DNA from: an uncultured bacterium
GTDB lineage: Bacteria; CSSED10-310; CALFER01
Direction of reading: 5' to 3'
Length of the DNA stretch: 64,000 nt
Assembly (NCBI GenBank): GCA_964472395.1
Contig: CAYYMM010000002.1
Span: 48,150 to 112,149, forward strand
The notes under the pieces are model-generated. The model did not search any database. It worked only from the letters and a program-made list of their open reading frames with translations, and was not told where the DNA came from. Made by a program: the position numbers and the translations under genes. Position 1 is the stretch's first letter. Each line of letters begins with the position of its first letter. Below, one piece after another: positions 46,268 to 56,113 of the stretch.

Positions 46268-47623
46268 TCATTCCAGGCGCGGGGTCACGCGATACGCCAT
46301 GTTGCCGCGAACGACGATGAGCATGACGGAATCCCGATGACTGCCCTGAATGATCGTCTGGTAAAAAGCATCCGCAGAAACGATACGGGTGCGGTCGATC
46401 TGGAGCAGCGCATCACCGGATCGGATACCGACGTCGTCCGCCGGCGATCCTGGACGGACCTCGTTCACATACACCCCTTTTTCCGCATTCCCGCGCGCGC
46501 CATCGACCTTGATCTCTTTGACCGACAGCCCGAGAATTTCCCAGGTGAGCTGCTGCGGATCGCGTGTCGGAAGCGCTTCGGCCGTGATGTCGGCCTGATA
46601 TTCCTTGCCGCCTCTGAGAATCGTAATGCGGATCGAATCCCCCGGCAGCACCTCCAGGAGCTGATCCCGGAAGTCATCGCTGGATGTGACGGTATACTTC
46701 CCGAGACCGATGATCACGTCTCCCGCACGGATCTCGGCGCGCTCGGCCGGTGACCCCTTCGACACTTCGGACACGAGAGCACCCTCATCGCGATCGACTC
46801 GCAGATGTTTGGCCAGAACGGATGTGAGATCCTGGGTGTGGATCCCGATCCACGGGCGGGGGACCGTGCCGATTTCGAGCAGATCCTTGATGACCCGTTT
46901 GGCCTTGTCGATCGGAATTGCAAATCCGATCCCCTTGGCGTTTTCGTAGATGGCCGTGTTGATTCCGATCAGTTCGCCCTTGACGTTCAGGAGCGGTCCG
47001 CCGGAATTGCCCGGATTGATCGAGGCGTCGGTCTGAATGAAATCGTGATAGGTGTGCGTTTCGTTCGTCCGGTCTTTGAACGTCAGGCTGCGGTTGAGCG
47101 CGCTGACGACGCCGGTCGTGACGGTGTTGGACAGTCCGTACGGATTGCCGATCGCGATGACCGTTTCACCGATCATCAGGTCGTTCGACGTGAACGGCGC
47201 GATGAACGGGAGGGGTTCCGGGGCGGTTATTTTGAGGAGTGCGAGGTCGAGGCGGCGGGAGGCTCCCAGTAATTCGGCTTCATATTCCTGCCCCGACGCA
47301 AGCGTGACGGTGATTTTGGAGGCCGGCAGGATGATGTGTTCGTTGGTGAGGATGATGCCGTCGGGCTGGATGATCGTGCCGGATCCCAGACTCTGGTTGG
47401 TGATGTTGCGCCGGCGGCTCGGTTCGAAGTAGTTGAAGATCCATTCGTCGCCGAAGGGGTTTGCGCCGGTGACGGATACGACTTTTTCGGTCGAGATATT
47501 GACGACGGCCGGTCCGGCCTGACCCAAGGCGCGTACGACGGGCGACACCCGGACCGGGTCGACGTCCGCATGAATCGGCGCTATGAACGCAAAGAAAATG
47601 AGCAACGGAATCAAGTGACGCAT
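46268..47623 (-). CDS. DegP/DegQ (Do-family) serine protease with two PDZ domains
   Basis: Signal peptide, LGSG.II...G.ILTNEH, FIQTDASINPGNSGGPL. GGAGG RBS. Confidence 0.93.
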   Translation of the reverse strand: MRHLIPLLIFFAFIAPIHADVDPVRVSPVVRALGQAGPAVVNISTEKVVSVTGANPFGDEWIFNYFEPSRRRNITNQSLGSGTIIQPDGIILTNEHIILPASKITVTLASGQEYEAELLGASRRLDLALLKITAPEPLPFIAPFTSNDLMIGETVIAIGNPYGLSNTVTTGVVSALNRSLTFKDRTNETHTYHDFIQTDASINPGNSGGPLLNVKGELIGINTAIYENAKGIGFAIPIDKAKRVIKDLLEIGTVPRPWIGIHTQDLTSVLAKHLRVDRDEGALVSEVSKGSPAERAEIRAGDVIIGLGKYTVTSSDDFRDQLLEVLPGDSIRITILRGGKEYQADITAEALPTRDPQQLTWEILGLSVKEIKVDGARGNAEKGVYVNEVRPGSPADDVGIRSGDALLQIDRTRIVSADAFYQTIIQGSHRDSVMLIVVRGNMAYRVTPRLE

Positions 47624-47962
47624 CAAACACCTCCCTGTCGTACCAGAAGGTTCAAACAGCAGGACGCATTTTAGCGCGTTGCGGCATGTGCGTAAAGATG
47701 AGAGAAGAATCGTCGGTTCTTCTGGGACAGAATTGCTACCAGCAAGACTGCGATTCCATGTCGAGTTCATTCCTTTAAGTGGCTGGGTGAGGGGGCAACT
47801 TCCATAGGAAGTGATTCGCCAAAAGCTTCGAAGATCCGGAGTCCGTTCAAGCGGGAGTCGGGTGTTTCCGTGCCGGTGTAATCGATGCCAATGCAGCGAC
47901 TAAACGTTGTTTTAATTTGTTCCGTCATTTACTTGCTCTCCCTGAATGTGTATCCAGTTTGT

Positions 47963-49024
47963 CTAAATATCGTACAAGCCGACCCGCTGGCATCCTTCGA
48001 GGAAGGCCTTTTTCAGGAAGTTACAGTTTGAAAACGGAGACTTCGCGGTCTGTAGCTGAACCATTGCAAGCGAATCTTTCGGAGGAAAATCGTGGGTATC
48101 GTGCAGAATACGAATCTGCTCTAGCCAGTCTTTGGCGTCACTACCGCAGCATTTCGCCTTGTAACGTTCTTCGATGCCGTACACCTCTTTCCATGTTTCG
48201 ATCTCCTCATGGGCGGTGGCGGGACCGAACGAGAGTTGAATGTCGTCGGGTGTCATGTGGTCGATATCCGGTTTGTGAAGGCCGACAGTAATTTCGATAC
48301 CATGAGCACCGGTTGCATAAGGGTAGAAGGCCTTGCGGCGTCCGACGGCATTGTGTGCCGGGTCGCGGCTGAGTTTGTAGAAGCTGTTGCACTCGTGGCA
48401 GGCCGGGGCGAGGTTTCGGAAATTGATCGTATTGAAGGGATAGAGCGTCTTGGGTAGATAATGGTCATAGGCCTCACGCTTGTTGTGATGCAGTCCCTTG
48501 ATGTCGCCGAGGCCGCAGAACGGACATTTGCCGGTCGTATTCGTCTGCATGAATGCCTGGTAGTGTTCATCAATCTTGCCGATTTTTTCGCGTAGCGCTT
48601 TGATGTCGAGCAGTTGCTGGGAATAGAGTCCCTTGAAAAAAGATTTCAGTTGCTCGCTCAGATCAGGATAGGTGGCGGCAATATCGGTATAGCGGGCGAT
48701 CTGAACCGCCGGGTCATTGGCGCAGACCTTTTCGATGTCGTTGTTGGCTTGGTGCCACCGCTTGAACTGCGAGATTTCCCCTCGCGAAAGCTGAGAGAAA
48801 CTCAGATATATGGCTTGAACCTGGCTTGAGAAACGATCCCCTTCTTGAGTGTGATCGTAGGCGAAAGTTGTCATCACCTCCTTGAGTGGTGGATTGGCAT
48901 CAAACAGGCTTAAGTCGTAAGGACCAGCCTTCGGTGCATGACACCAGACTTGATAAAAGATGAAGTTTATAAAACGCTGCATCCGCTCCATCTGATGCGG
49001 GACATAGGTATAGGCAAACAGCAT
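47963..49024 (-). CDS. HNH-type nuclease-like protein (PtuB-like)
   Basis: CPFCG...AYDHYLPK..YP....N..NL...CHECN. Coupled to the ATPase by a TGATG overlap. Confidence 0.75.
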   Translation of the reverse strand: MLFAYTYVPHQMERMQRFINFIFYQVWCHAPKAGPYDLSLFDANPPLKEVMTTFAYDHTQEGDRFSSQVQAIYLSFSQLSRGEISQFKRWHQANNDIEKVCANDPAVQIARYTDIAATYPDLSEQLKSFFKGLYSQQLLDIKALREKIGKIDEHYQAFMQTNTTGKCPFCGLGDIKGLHHNKREAYDHYLPKTLYPFNTINFRNLAPACHECNSFYKLSRDPAHNAVGRRKAFYPYATGAHGIEITVGLHKPDIDHMTPDDIQLSFGPATAHEEIETWKEVYGIEERYKAKCCGSDAKDWLEQIRILHDTHDFPPKDSLAMVQLQTAKSPFSNCNFLKKAFLEGCQRVGLYDI

Positions 49025-50811
49025 CAGCCCTTGTCCTCCATGCTGTCAAGGATGGTCTTGATGAGCAGAATCTTTTCCACCGAGTCACCGAGTTCGCGAT
49101 TGATCTCGACTAGGAGCTTCTCCTTGTCCTCTCCCTGTTCAAAACGTTGCCGCAGGTTGTCCAGCATCGACTGTGCATGGCCACCGATGGTCTCGCGCTT
49201 TCCAAAGGTGGCCATGGTGATCTTGTTGATGGATGCGCCAAGGGTGTTATAATCGGGATTTCTAACGCTGACCTTGCCTGTTACTTCGTCCTTGTTAAAC
49301 ACCAGCACCTTTTCCGGCCTGCTGTCAGAGATCAGAAACGGGGTGTGGGTCGTGACCAGCATCTCCTGGCCGTCGCTGCCGTTGAAGCTCTGATTCAGGC
49401 GAGTGACGAAGTTGGCGCGCCAGTCGGGGTTGAAATGGGTCTCCGGCTCGTCGAGCAGGAACAAGCTCTGGGTGTTCTTGAACAGCATGCATAGACCCAT
49501 TGTATGAACCAGTTGGTGCTCTCCGTCCGATAGATTCTTGAGGAGCATTGGTTTTGAAACATCACTTTTCGTGAAGTAAAAGTTTTTAAATCGCATAATG
49601 CGCTCATCCGAGGCCAAGGTCGGGACGGTTTCGCTTACGTATTGGCTGTCGGATTGATACAGATCGGCCTTTAACGAGTCGCTGACGGAAAAGAGGTTCA
49701 ACGTGAGCAGCACCTGAAAGGCATGGAATAGGGCGATGGGTGAGTGGTTGACTTCAAAATCGAAGTTCTCGCCGAAGGCTTGGCGGGTGTAGTCATTGAC
49801 CCAGTAATCGAGATAGAGCGTGTCGCTGGCCTCGTCGATATACCAGCAGGTTGCGCTACGCTTCATACGCCTGATTACTGGATCGAAAGACTCATACCGA
49901 GTAGCTGAATTCTCCTGTTGATTACGTAGTTCTTTTTGCAACGTTTCATCGGCCTCAAGAAGGCGAATAAGATGAATCCGATAGCGACCCGATTCAGCGT
50001 CCCTGGTTAATGCTGGATTTTCTTTCCCAAAATGCTCAGCAACCTCAAGCGAGACCTCTATGCTGCGCCGGATGATGATACGGAACTCTTTGAGTTCCTT
50101 GATTTTCACATCGTCGCGGAAGGGTCTGAGCGCATCGGCATCCTGAAACAGCAGATTGCAGAGCAGGATCGCCTGGCTGAAACCGCTGTCGAGGTAGACC
50201 AGCCGTGATTCCGGGCGACCGGGATAGGGAAGCTGATGCTTCAGTGCCTGCCAGTATTCGTCGAACTGGACAAAGCGCATCTTGAAAAACGGCAGGCTGA
50301 GGATTTCGTTCTCTCCGGAGGAATAGCCCAGAATATAGTCCGGCAGCATTTGGCGACCGAGCGTCTGGGTCATCTTCAAGGGTTCATCACCGTTCCCGCT
50401 CACCAGGAACCATTTTGGCCCCTCTCCTGCTTGTTTTATAACCTTAACGCGGGCATTCCCACCCATTCCCATCGCGCAAATCTCGCTGCCGTCTTGTATG
50501 GGCAAGACATATTCCAGCTCGAATGCGTCGGGTTGTGCGCTTTCTGCTTTGAATCCATTCCGGTTTTCTTCTTCATTATATCGGAAGCTGTCCGGCAGGT
50601 TTTCCAGATAGATGCATTGCAGATGGTAGAAGATCGCTGCCAGCACCTCCAGCAAATTCGATTTCCCGCTGCCGTTAGGACCAGCGCAGACAAAAGGGGT
50701 AAAACCTTGTTCTTCCAGCAAGTCCCACTCGCTGCGGAAGCGGCACTCGAAACCCGCTTGCAGGCTGCGAAATCCTTTCGGGTCGGTGATTTTGAGGCGC
50801 AACAGCTTCAT
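49024..50811 (-). CDS. ABC-type ATPase of the restriction-system-associated class (PtuA/AAA_21-like)
   Basis: Walker A GPNGSGKS, signature LSDGE, Walker B LLDEPETH, H-loop TTHTP. Confidence 0.88.
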   Translation of the reverse strand: MKLLRLKITDPKGFRSLQAGFECRFRSEWDLLEEQGFTPFVCAGPNGSGKSNLLEVLAAIFYHLQCIYLENLPDSFRYNEEENRNGFKAESAQPDAFELEYVLPIQDGSEICAMGMGGNARVKVIKQAGEGPKWFLVSGNGDEPLKMTQTLGRQMLPDYILGYSSGENEILSLPFFKMRFVQFDEYWQALKHQLPYPGRPESRLVYLDSGFSQAILLCNLLFQDADALRPFRDDVKIKELKEFRIIIRRSIEVSLEVAEHFGKENPALTRDAESGRYRIHLIRLLEADETLQKELRNQQENSATRYESFDPVIRRMKRSATCWYIDEASDTLYLDYWVNDYTRQAFGENFDFEVNHSPIALFHAFQVLLTLNLFSVSDSLKADLYQSDSQYVSETVPTLASDERIMRFKNFYFTKSDVSKPMLLKNLSDGEHQLVHTMGLCMLFKNTQSLFLLDEPETHFNPDWRANFVTRLNQSFNGSDGQEMLVTTHTPFLISDSRPEKVLVFNKDEVTGKVSVRNPDYNTLGASINKITMATFGKRETIGGHAQSMLDNLRQRFEQGEDKEKLLVEINRELGDSVEKILLIKTILDSMEDKG

Positions 50812-50817
50812 CCGGCG

Positions 50818-52344
50818 TTATCCCTTTTCCGCAGTGATCTGCACGCGGTTGCTGGCATCGTCGTAACCCTGGGTCAGACGACCCTCTTCCAACGCTGCGA
50901 ACACCCAGTCTTTGAGTGCGTCATACTCCGCTGCGCCCCAGTTCGGCGCGTCGTCTTCCATCAGCTCCCCCGATCGTTGCTGAGCGGCTTCCATAAATTC
51001 CTGTGCGGAAAAGGGTGTATTCCCCAGATGCTTCAGCCAGGCATTCAGCCACTCTCCAAGCAGGGATTTGCGACCTTCCGCGGTTCGGAATGCAGTGATC
51101 TCCGCAGGTGCAGGCAACTCGAACAAAGGCTTCATGGGTTGTTTTTCCTCTACATCGGTCATTTCTTCATCCGAAATCTGAGGCCCTTCCGGTGGCAGTG
51201 GCACCCGTGACAGATCCAGTTCGCCTTTGAATGCCTTCTGGCTCAGTGCGCCATAGAGGCTCTCCAGATCGGTCAGGCTTTGCTGGTAGCGGGAATTAAG
51301 ACCCTCGACCTTTGCGACAATTGAGGCAAATCGGTTTTGTAGACCGACGGGAGGTTTTACAACTTGAAGCCCTCGAATATCGTCAAAGTTGAGACCTGCT
51401 TTAACACCTTCTCGGTTCTTCTTTTGTACAAACGAATTTCCGTAAGGTAGCGTGAAATACCAAGCCAAAAACAAAGGATGAAGGCCGCAGTCTGGACATA
51501 ATCGAATGAGTGCCAAATGTTGGTTAATGTATGAACCTTCTAGTTCTTTGGGTACCACTGCAGTTCTTCCCAGGTCAGCGGTTATTGAAAGGAGTAAATC
51601 CCCATGCTTAACCCTAGTTCGATTCGCTTCAGCGGAATCTGGAGCTTTTACATAAACGATGTCATCTAGTTTGAGGCTGGCATCTTTTACGTTGTTTATC
51701 CTTATAAATACACTTCCAGATTCTGAATAGTACTTTGCCCAACCACGAGACCCGCTTGTAAGGAATTCCATAAAAACGCCAAGAGAAAAGTGAAGTTGGC
51801 GTTTCATACTCTCAGGATCGCCGAACATCTCCAGAAAGACGCTTTTGATCAACTCATCGAGTTGTTGCTGGTGGTGCTTGCGCCGGGCGATCAACCCTTC
51901 CACCTTGCCGAGCAGATGGGCAATGCGCTTTTGGTCGTCGAGCGGGGGGAGGGGGATGGTAATAGAGTCAAGTTTATTACGAGTTAACTTCCCGCGTGTG
52001 GTTCCAGTGATGTAAGGATTAAGATCTGCGTAATTGAGATAGGCCGCAAGATACTCGAGAATCGTGCCACATTTTGCCGTTAAGACATGGGCATGATTAT
52101 TGACCCAGCATCTTTCATTATAGATTTTTGCACAAACTTCATTTGCTCCCCAGCTTCCCCCATCCTCAGAAATGCAAAGAATTTTTTCGTCAAAAATATA
52201 ATCGTCGATATATTCAAGCACGTTATTTGCTCCGATATAGGGGTAGAGCTTAGCCTTAGTAAGCTTAGCGCGTTCAGTAGAGTTGAGAGGAATCCGCTTG
52301 CTATCGAGGTTGTTTGTGATTTGATTTAGCGGAATGGAATTCAT
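50818..52344 (-). CDS. hsdS: Type I R-M specificity subunit with C-terminal extension
   Basis: Two TRDs separated by IPLPPLDDQKRIA...ELIKSVFLEMFGDP and PP...Q..F...V.K conserved regions, then about 110 extra residues. Confidence 0.9.
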   Translation of the reverse strand: MNSIPLNQITNNLDSKRIPLNSTERAKLTKAKLYPYIGANNVLEYIDDYIFDEKILCISEDGGSWGANEVCAKIYNERCWVNNHAHVLTAKCGTILEYLAAYLNYADLNPYITGTTRGKLTRNKLDSITIPLPPLDDQKRIAHLLGKVEGLIARRKHHQQQLDELIKSVFLEMFGDPESMKRQLHFSLGVFMEFLTSGSRGWAKYYSESGSVFIRINNVKDASLKLDDIVYVKAPDSAEANRTRVKHGDLLLSITADLGRTAVVPKELEGSYINQHLALIRLCPDCGLHPLFLAWYFTLPYGNSFVQKKNREGVKAGLNFDDIRGLQVVKPPVGLQNRFASIVAKVEGLNSRYQQSLTDLESLYGALSQKAFKGELDLSRVPLPPEGPQISDEEMTDVEEKQPMKPLFELPAPAEITAFRTAEGRKSLLGEWLNAWLKHLGNTPFSAQEFMEAAQQRSGELMEDDAPNWGAAEYDALKDWVFAALEEGRLTQGYDDASNRVQITAEKG

Positions 52345-52388
52345 CCAACCATCTCCCTCAGCTCCAGCAGTTCCCGCACAATTCCGCT
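52340..52388 (-). repeat. Diverged direct copy of the hsdM 3' end (53534-53582)
   Basis: Encodes SGIVRELLELREMVG* versus SGVVRELLELRGMVG* in hsdM. 9 mismatches in 49 nt. Confidence 0.9.
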
Positions 52389-52425
52389 CTCTAGAGTTGC
52401 AGAAACCTCGCCGCAATTTTCGCGG

Positions 52426-53538
52426 TTAGCGATCTGATTCATCGTCCTCCTCCCTGAACTCGGCTTCAATCTCCTCGATCGATGGCAGTGAACCTCTAAG
52501 ATCATCGGGAAGACTCCGGGTGAGTTGCGTCTCCCATTGAGCGACACCCATGGGGCGGCGGTAGCCGTCGAGGGCATATTCGATGACCAGATTGTTTTTA
52601 CTTTTGCACAAAAGCAGACCGATGGTCGGTTTATCGTCCTTGTGACGCATCAGATCATCAATTGCGGAGAGATAAAGATTCAGGGTTCCTGTGAAACCCG
52701 GATCAAACGGGATGGCTTTAAGCTCAATGACGACATAGCAGCGCAGTTTGAGGTGGTAGAAGAGCAGGTCGAGGCGAAAATCCCGGTCGCCGACTTCCAG
52801 TAATACCTGTCTTCCGACAAAGGCGAAGCCGGCACCGAGTTCCAGCAGGAATTGCTGGACATGATCGACCAGCGCCTGCTCGATTTCTCGCTCCTTGCGG
52901 ATGTCGGCAGTACCGAGAAAATCAAACAGGTAGGGATCTTTGAATACCTGAGCGGCCATATCGGAATCTGACGGTGGCAAGGTTCGCGCAAAGTTGTTGG
53001 TGGCCCTGCCCTGTCGTTCGTGAAGGCGGGTTTCGATCTGCAAGGTGAGGATGTCTTTGGACCAACCATTTTGGATCGTTTTATCTATGTACCAGAGTCG
53101 AGTCTTGGCATCGGCAAGCTTGTCCAGCAAGGCCAGATTGCTGCGCCACGGGATTTGTGCAACGGTGCGTTGCACGATTTCACGGACTGGCCACTCAGAG
53201 GCGAATTTCCGCATGTATTTCAGGTTGCGCGGTGAAAACCCGTTCATTTCCGGAAAGGCTTGCTTGAGATCCTCAGAAAGCCGGTCAATGATTCTGGCAC
53301 CCCAGCCTTGCCGGTCCTGACGCTCAAGAATGATCATTCCGATATCCCAGTAGAGAAGAACCATGGCGGCATTGGCGGACAGAGTGACCCGCAGCCGTTC
53401 ATGGGCGATGCGCTTTTTCAGGTCGGAGAGTGTGGTCTGATAGTCCGTGGGCAAATCCAGCGGTTTTCCGGCGACGGGAAAAGACGCCTGAGGTTTGCGG
53501 CTGCCTCTGGAAATGCGCTTGTTCCGGGGATCGTTCAT
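52426..53538 (-). CDS. DUF1016/YhcG-family PD-(D/E)XK protein
   Basis: YWDIG, GWG, GFSPRNL..MR.F, KDPY.FDFL, ELGAGFAFVGRQ, DLLFYH..L.CY.VIELK. Confidence 0.93.
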   Translation of the reverse strand: MNDPRNKRISRGSRKPQASFPVAGKPLDLPTDYQTTLSDLKKRIAHERLRVTLSANAAMVLLYWDIGMIILERQDRQGWGARIIDRLSEDLKQAFPEMNGFSPRNLKYMRKFASEWPVREIVQRTVAQIPWRSNLALLDKLADAKTRLWYIDKTIQNGWSKDILTLQIETRLHERQGRATNNFARTLPPSDSDMAAQVFKDPYLFDFLGTADIRKEREIEQALVDHVQQFLLELGAGFAFVGRQVLLEVGDRDFRLDLLFYHLKLRCYVVIELKAIPFDPGFTGTLNLYLSAIDDLMRHKDDKPTIGLLLCKSKNNLVIEYALDGYRRPMGVAQWETQLTRSLPDDLRGSLPSIEEIEAEFREEDDESDR

Positions 53539-55235
53539 CCAACCATCCCCCGCAATTCCAGCAACTCGCGCACAACCCCGCTTTGCACCTTGGCCAGATC
53601 GGCATCTTCCACCTCACCCACTTCTTCCTTCAGCAGCCGTTCTACGATCAGGCTGGGCGCTTCATATTCCACCTCTTCAAACACATCCTCCTTGTAACGC
53701 GACAGCGAAAGGTCATACCCCTCCGCCTCGATAGCGGCACGCGGTATAAAAAAACACTTCGCGGTGCGGTCGGTGTCGGTCTCGGGATTGCGGGCATGAA
53801 ACTTGGCAGCGATATCCTGCAAGTCGCCATAACCCTCCTGCTTGGTGCGCTTGTCGTCCAGCGAATAGCCATCAGCCCGCATTTCGTAAAACCAGACGTT
53901 TTGCGTGGCCAGTTGGGTGACTTTGTCTTTCGGCCCCCAGACCTTGGTAAAAAGCAAAATGGCTGTGCTGACACCGGCGTAGGGTTTGAACACGCCGCTG
54001 GGCATGGTGATGACGGCTTTGAGGTCGCAACGCTCCAACAACATTTGTCGCAAGGACTTGAACGCGCCGCCTGAGCCGAACAGCACACCTTGCGGCACGA
54101 TGACACATGCAGTGCCCCCCTTTTTGAGCAATCGGTAGATATTCTCGACAAACAGGAGCTCGGTCTTGGTAGTGGAGAGGCTGAGGTTTTCGTTGATGTC
54201 ACCCTTGTCGATGCTGCCGGTGAAAGGCGGATTGGCCATGACGATATCGTATTCGGCCTCCTCATTATAGCTCTTGGAGAGCGTGTCCTTGTAGTCGATG
54301 TGAGGCTCGTCGATCCCGTGCATCATCAGGTTCATCAGGCCCAAGCGCACCATGGTGGCGTCGATGTCATAGCCAAAAAGGCTGGATTGCAAAATGGTCT
54401 GCCTTTTTTCGTCGATGGCTGCTGCGACAGATGTTCGAACGAAACCATCTTCATCAGGTTTCAGGTCTTTGGTTCCCGCCTTAATCGCCAGTTGAGTGAC
54501 GATGTACTGGTAGGCACCGAGTAGAAAGCCGCCAGAACCGCATGCCGGGTCGGCAATTCGGTGGCCGAGTTGCGGCTGCACCAGATCGGTCATCAGCTTG
54601 ATGATGTGGCGCGGAGTTCGGAACTGACCGTTCTTGCCAGCGGTGGCGATCTCGGAGAGGAGCATCTCGTAGACATCACCCTGGATATCCTGAAAGGCCT
54701 GGCCCTTCTCGTGTGAGTCCTTTTCCATGATCTCGAAGATCTCGTCGATGATCTTCACCGCCTCTACCAGAAGGGCCGGTTTGGGGATAATGAAGACGGC
54801 ATTCTTCATGTGGTGGGTGAAGTTGCATTCGGCCCCGTTTATGTCCTTGAGGAAAGGGAAGACTCGGGTCTGAACATGCTGGAGCATTTCCTCAGCCTGC
54901 ATGTGCTTAAACTCGCTCCAACGCAGAGTGCGCTTGTCGATTTCATACATCTTGGCATCGGCCTGGCGATTATCTGTCTCTCGTTGAGTGTCGTCTTTTC
55001 TTGCTCTTACGCGATATTCCGGTGGCATCCACTGCCCTTCGAATTTGGAAGTGTAGGGCTCGCCGGTCCACTCGGCATCGGCCTGCTTTTTCTGATCCAG
55101 TTCGTCGAGTCGTTTCATGAACAGCAGGTAGGTGATCTGCTCGATGGCGGTGAGCGGGTTGGAGATGCCGCCGGACCAGAATTTGTTCCAGAGCTGACCG
55201 ATTTTGCTTTTGAGTTCGGGGTTGTTTTGCAGCAT
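53535..55235 (-). CDS. hsdM: Type I R-M methyltransferase subunit (m6A)
   Basis: GQFRTPRHII, DPACGSGGFL (motif I), NPPF (motif IV), GVFKPYAGVST. Confidence 0.95.
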   Translation of the reverse strand: MLQNNPELKSKIGQLWNKFWSGGISNPLTAIEQITYLLFMKRLDELDQKKQADAEWTGEPYTSKFEGQWMPPEYRVRARKDDTQRETDNRQADAKMYEIDKRTLRWSEFKHMQAEEMLQHVQTRVFPFLKDINGAECNFTHHMKNAVFIIPKPALLVEAVKIIDEIFEIMEKDSHEKGQAFQDIQGDVYEMLLSEIATAGKNGQFRTPRHIIKLMTDLVQPQLGHRIADPACGSGGFLLGAYQYIVTQLAIKAGTKDLKPDEDGFVRTSVAAAIDEKRQTILQSSLFGYDIDATMVRLGLMNLMMHGIDEPHIDYKDTLSKSYNEEAEYDIVMANPPFTGSIDKGDINENLSLSTTKTELLFVENIYRLLKKGGTACVIVPQGVLFGSGGAFKSLRQMLLERCDLKAVITMPSGVFKPYAGVSTAILLFTKVWGPKDKVTQLATQNVWFYEMRADGYSLDDKRTKQEGYGDLQDIAAKFHARNPETDTDRTAKCFFIPRAAIEAEGYDLSLSRYKEDVFEEVEYEAPSLIVERLLKEEVGEVEDADLAKVQSGVVRELLELRGMVG

Positions 55236-55237
55236 GT

Positions 55238-56113
55238 CTATCTTTCCTCCAACCGTTTGACGTTTTTGTCCGCAAGCAGGAGTTTCATCTGATGAATGGC
55301 GGTCTGGTTCAGGATTTTCAAGCGCTCGGCCTGTGGGAGTCCCTGATGAATGAAATGGGCGTTCAGGGTTTCGAGATTGGCCAGGCAGACAAGCTGGGAG
55401 ACATTGGCTTCATCCCGAATATTGCCTTTGTCGTCAGGATTTTCATCCCGCCACTGCTTCGCCGTTTTCCCGAACAAAGCCATGTTCAGCAGGTCGGCTT
55501 CGCTGGCATAGATCATTTTGATTTGCTTGGACATAAGCTTCGGCGGGATCAGGTTTGCCATGATCGCATCGGTGTGAATTCGGTAGTTGATTTTTGCCAG
55601 GTTACGGCGAATATCCCAGCCGAGTTGCTGGAGTTCTTGTTGTTTGAGTCGCTGGAACTCTTTTATCAGGTAGAGTTTGAATTGAGGAGATATCCAGGAG
55701 GCAAATTCAAAAGCAATGTCCTTATGAGCGTAAGTTCCGCCATAGCGGCCTGCCTTTGCAATGATCCCAACAGAGCCGGTCTTTTCCACCCATTGCTTAA
55801 CCGACAGGACGAAGCGGTTCAAACCTGCTTGATTTTTAATTCCCTCGAATTCGGGGGAATTAAAATCCGGGTTGTAGATATCCTCCCAAATACCTAAGAA
55901 CTCGATGGTGTTTTTGTTCCGAAGCCATTTCTCAATCAGTGCCAGTCCGTTTTCGATATCGCGCACCATGTCGGTCAACGAAATATAATCCTGCCCGTTT
56001 TCTTGCAGAACGGTAATCTGACTGCCTTGCACGGAAAGTTTTTGTTTCTTTCCGCTCATTTCTAAACGGGTCGATTTCGACTCTTTTTCTTGTCTTTCGG
56101 GTGTCATTTCCAT
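55238..56113 (-). CDS. KilA-N domain protein
   Basis: DYISLTDM, WLRNKNTIEFLG.WE, GRYGGTYAHKDIAFEFASWIS. Confidence 0.9.
   Translation of the reverse strand: MEMTPERQEKESKSTRLEMSGKKQKLSVQGSQITVLQENGQDYISLTDMVRDIENGLALIEKWLRNKNTIEFLGIWEDIYNPDFNSPEFEGIKNQAGLNRFVLSVKQWVEKTGSVGIIAKAGRYGGTYAHKDIAFEFASWISPQFKLYLIKEFQRLKQQELQQLGWDIRRNLAKINYRIHTDAIMANLIPPKLMSKQIKMIYASEADLLNMALFGKTAKQWRDENPDDKGNIRDEANVSQLVCLANLETLNAHFIHQGLPQAERLKILNQTAIHQMKLLLADKNVKRLEER

Noticed and set aside
47780-47960. tRNA or att site at the left island edge, including the ACTTCC-ATA-GGAAGT palindrome
   Set aside because: No cloverleaf or T-loop consensus and no matching repeat at the right edge.
52341-52577. 78-aa ORF ending RELLELREMVG
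   Set aside because: Mostly overlaps DUF1016. Only the last 16 codons are meaningful, as the hsdM relic.
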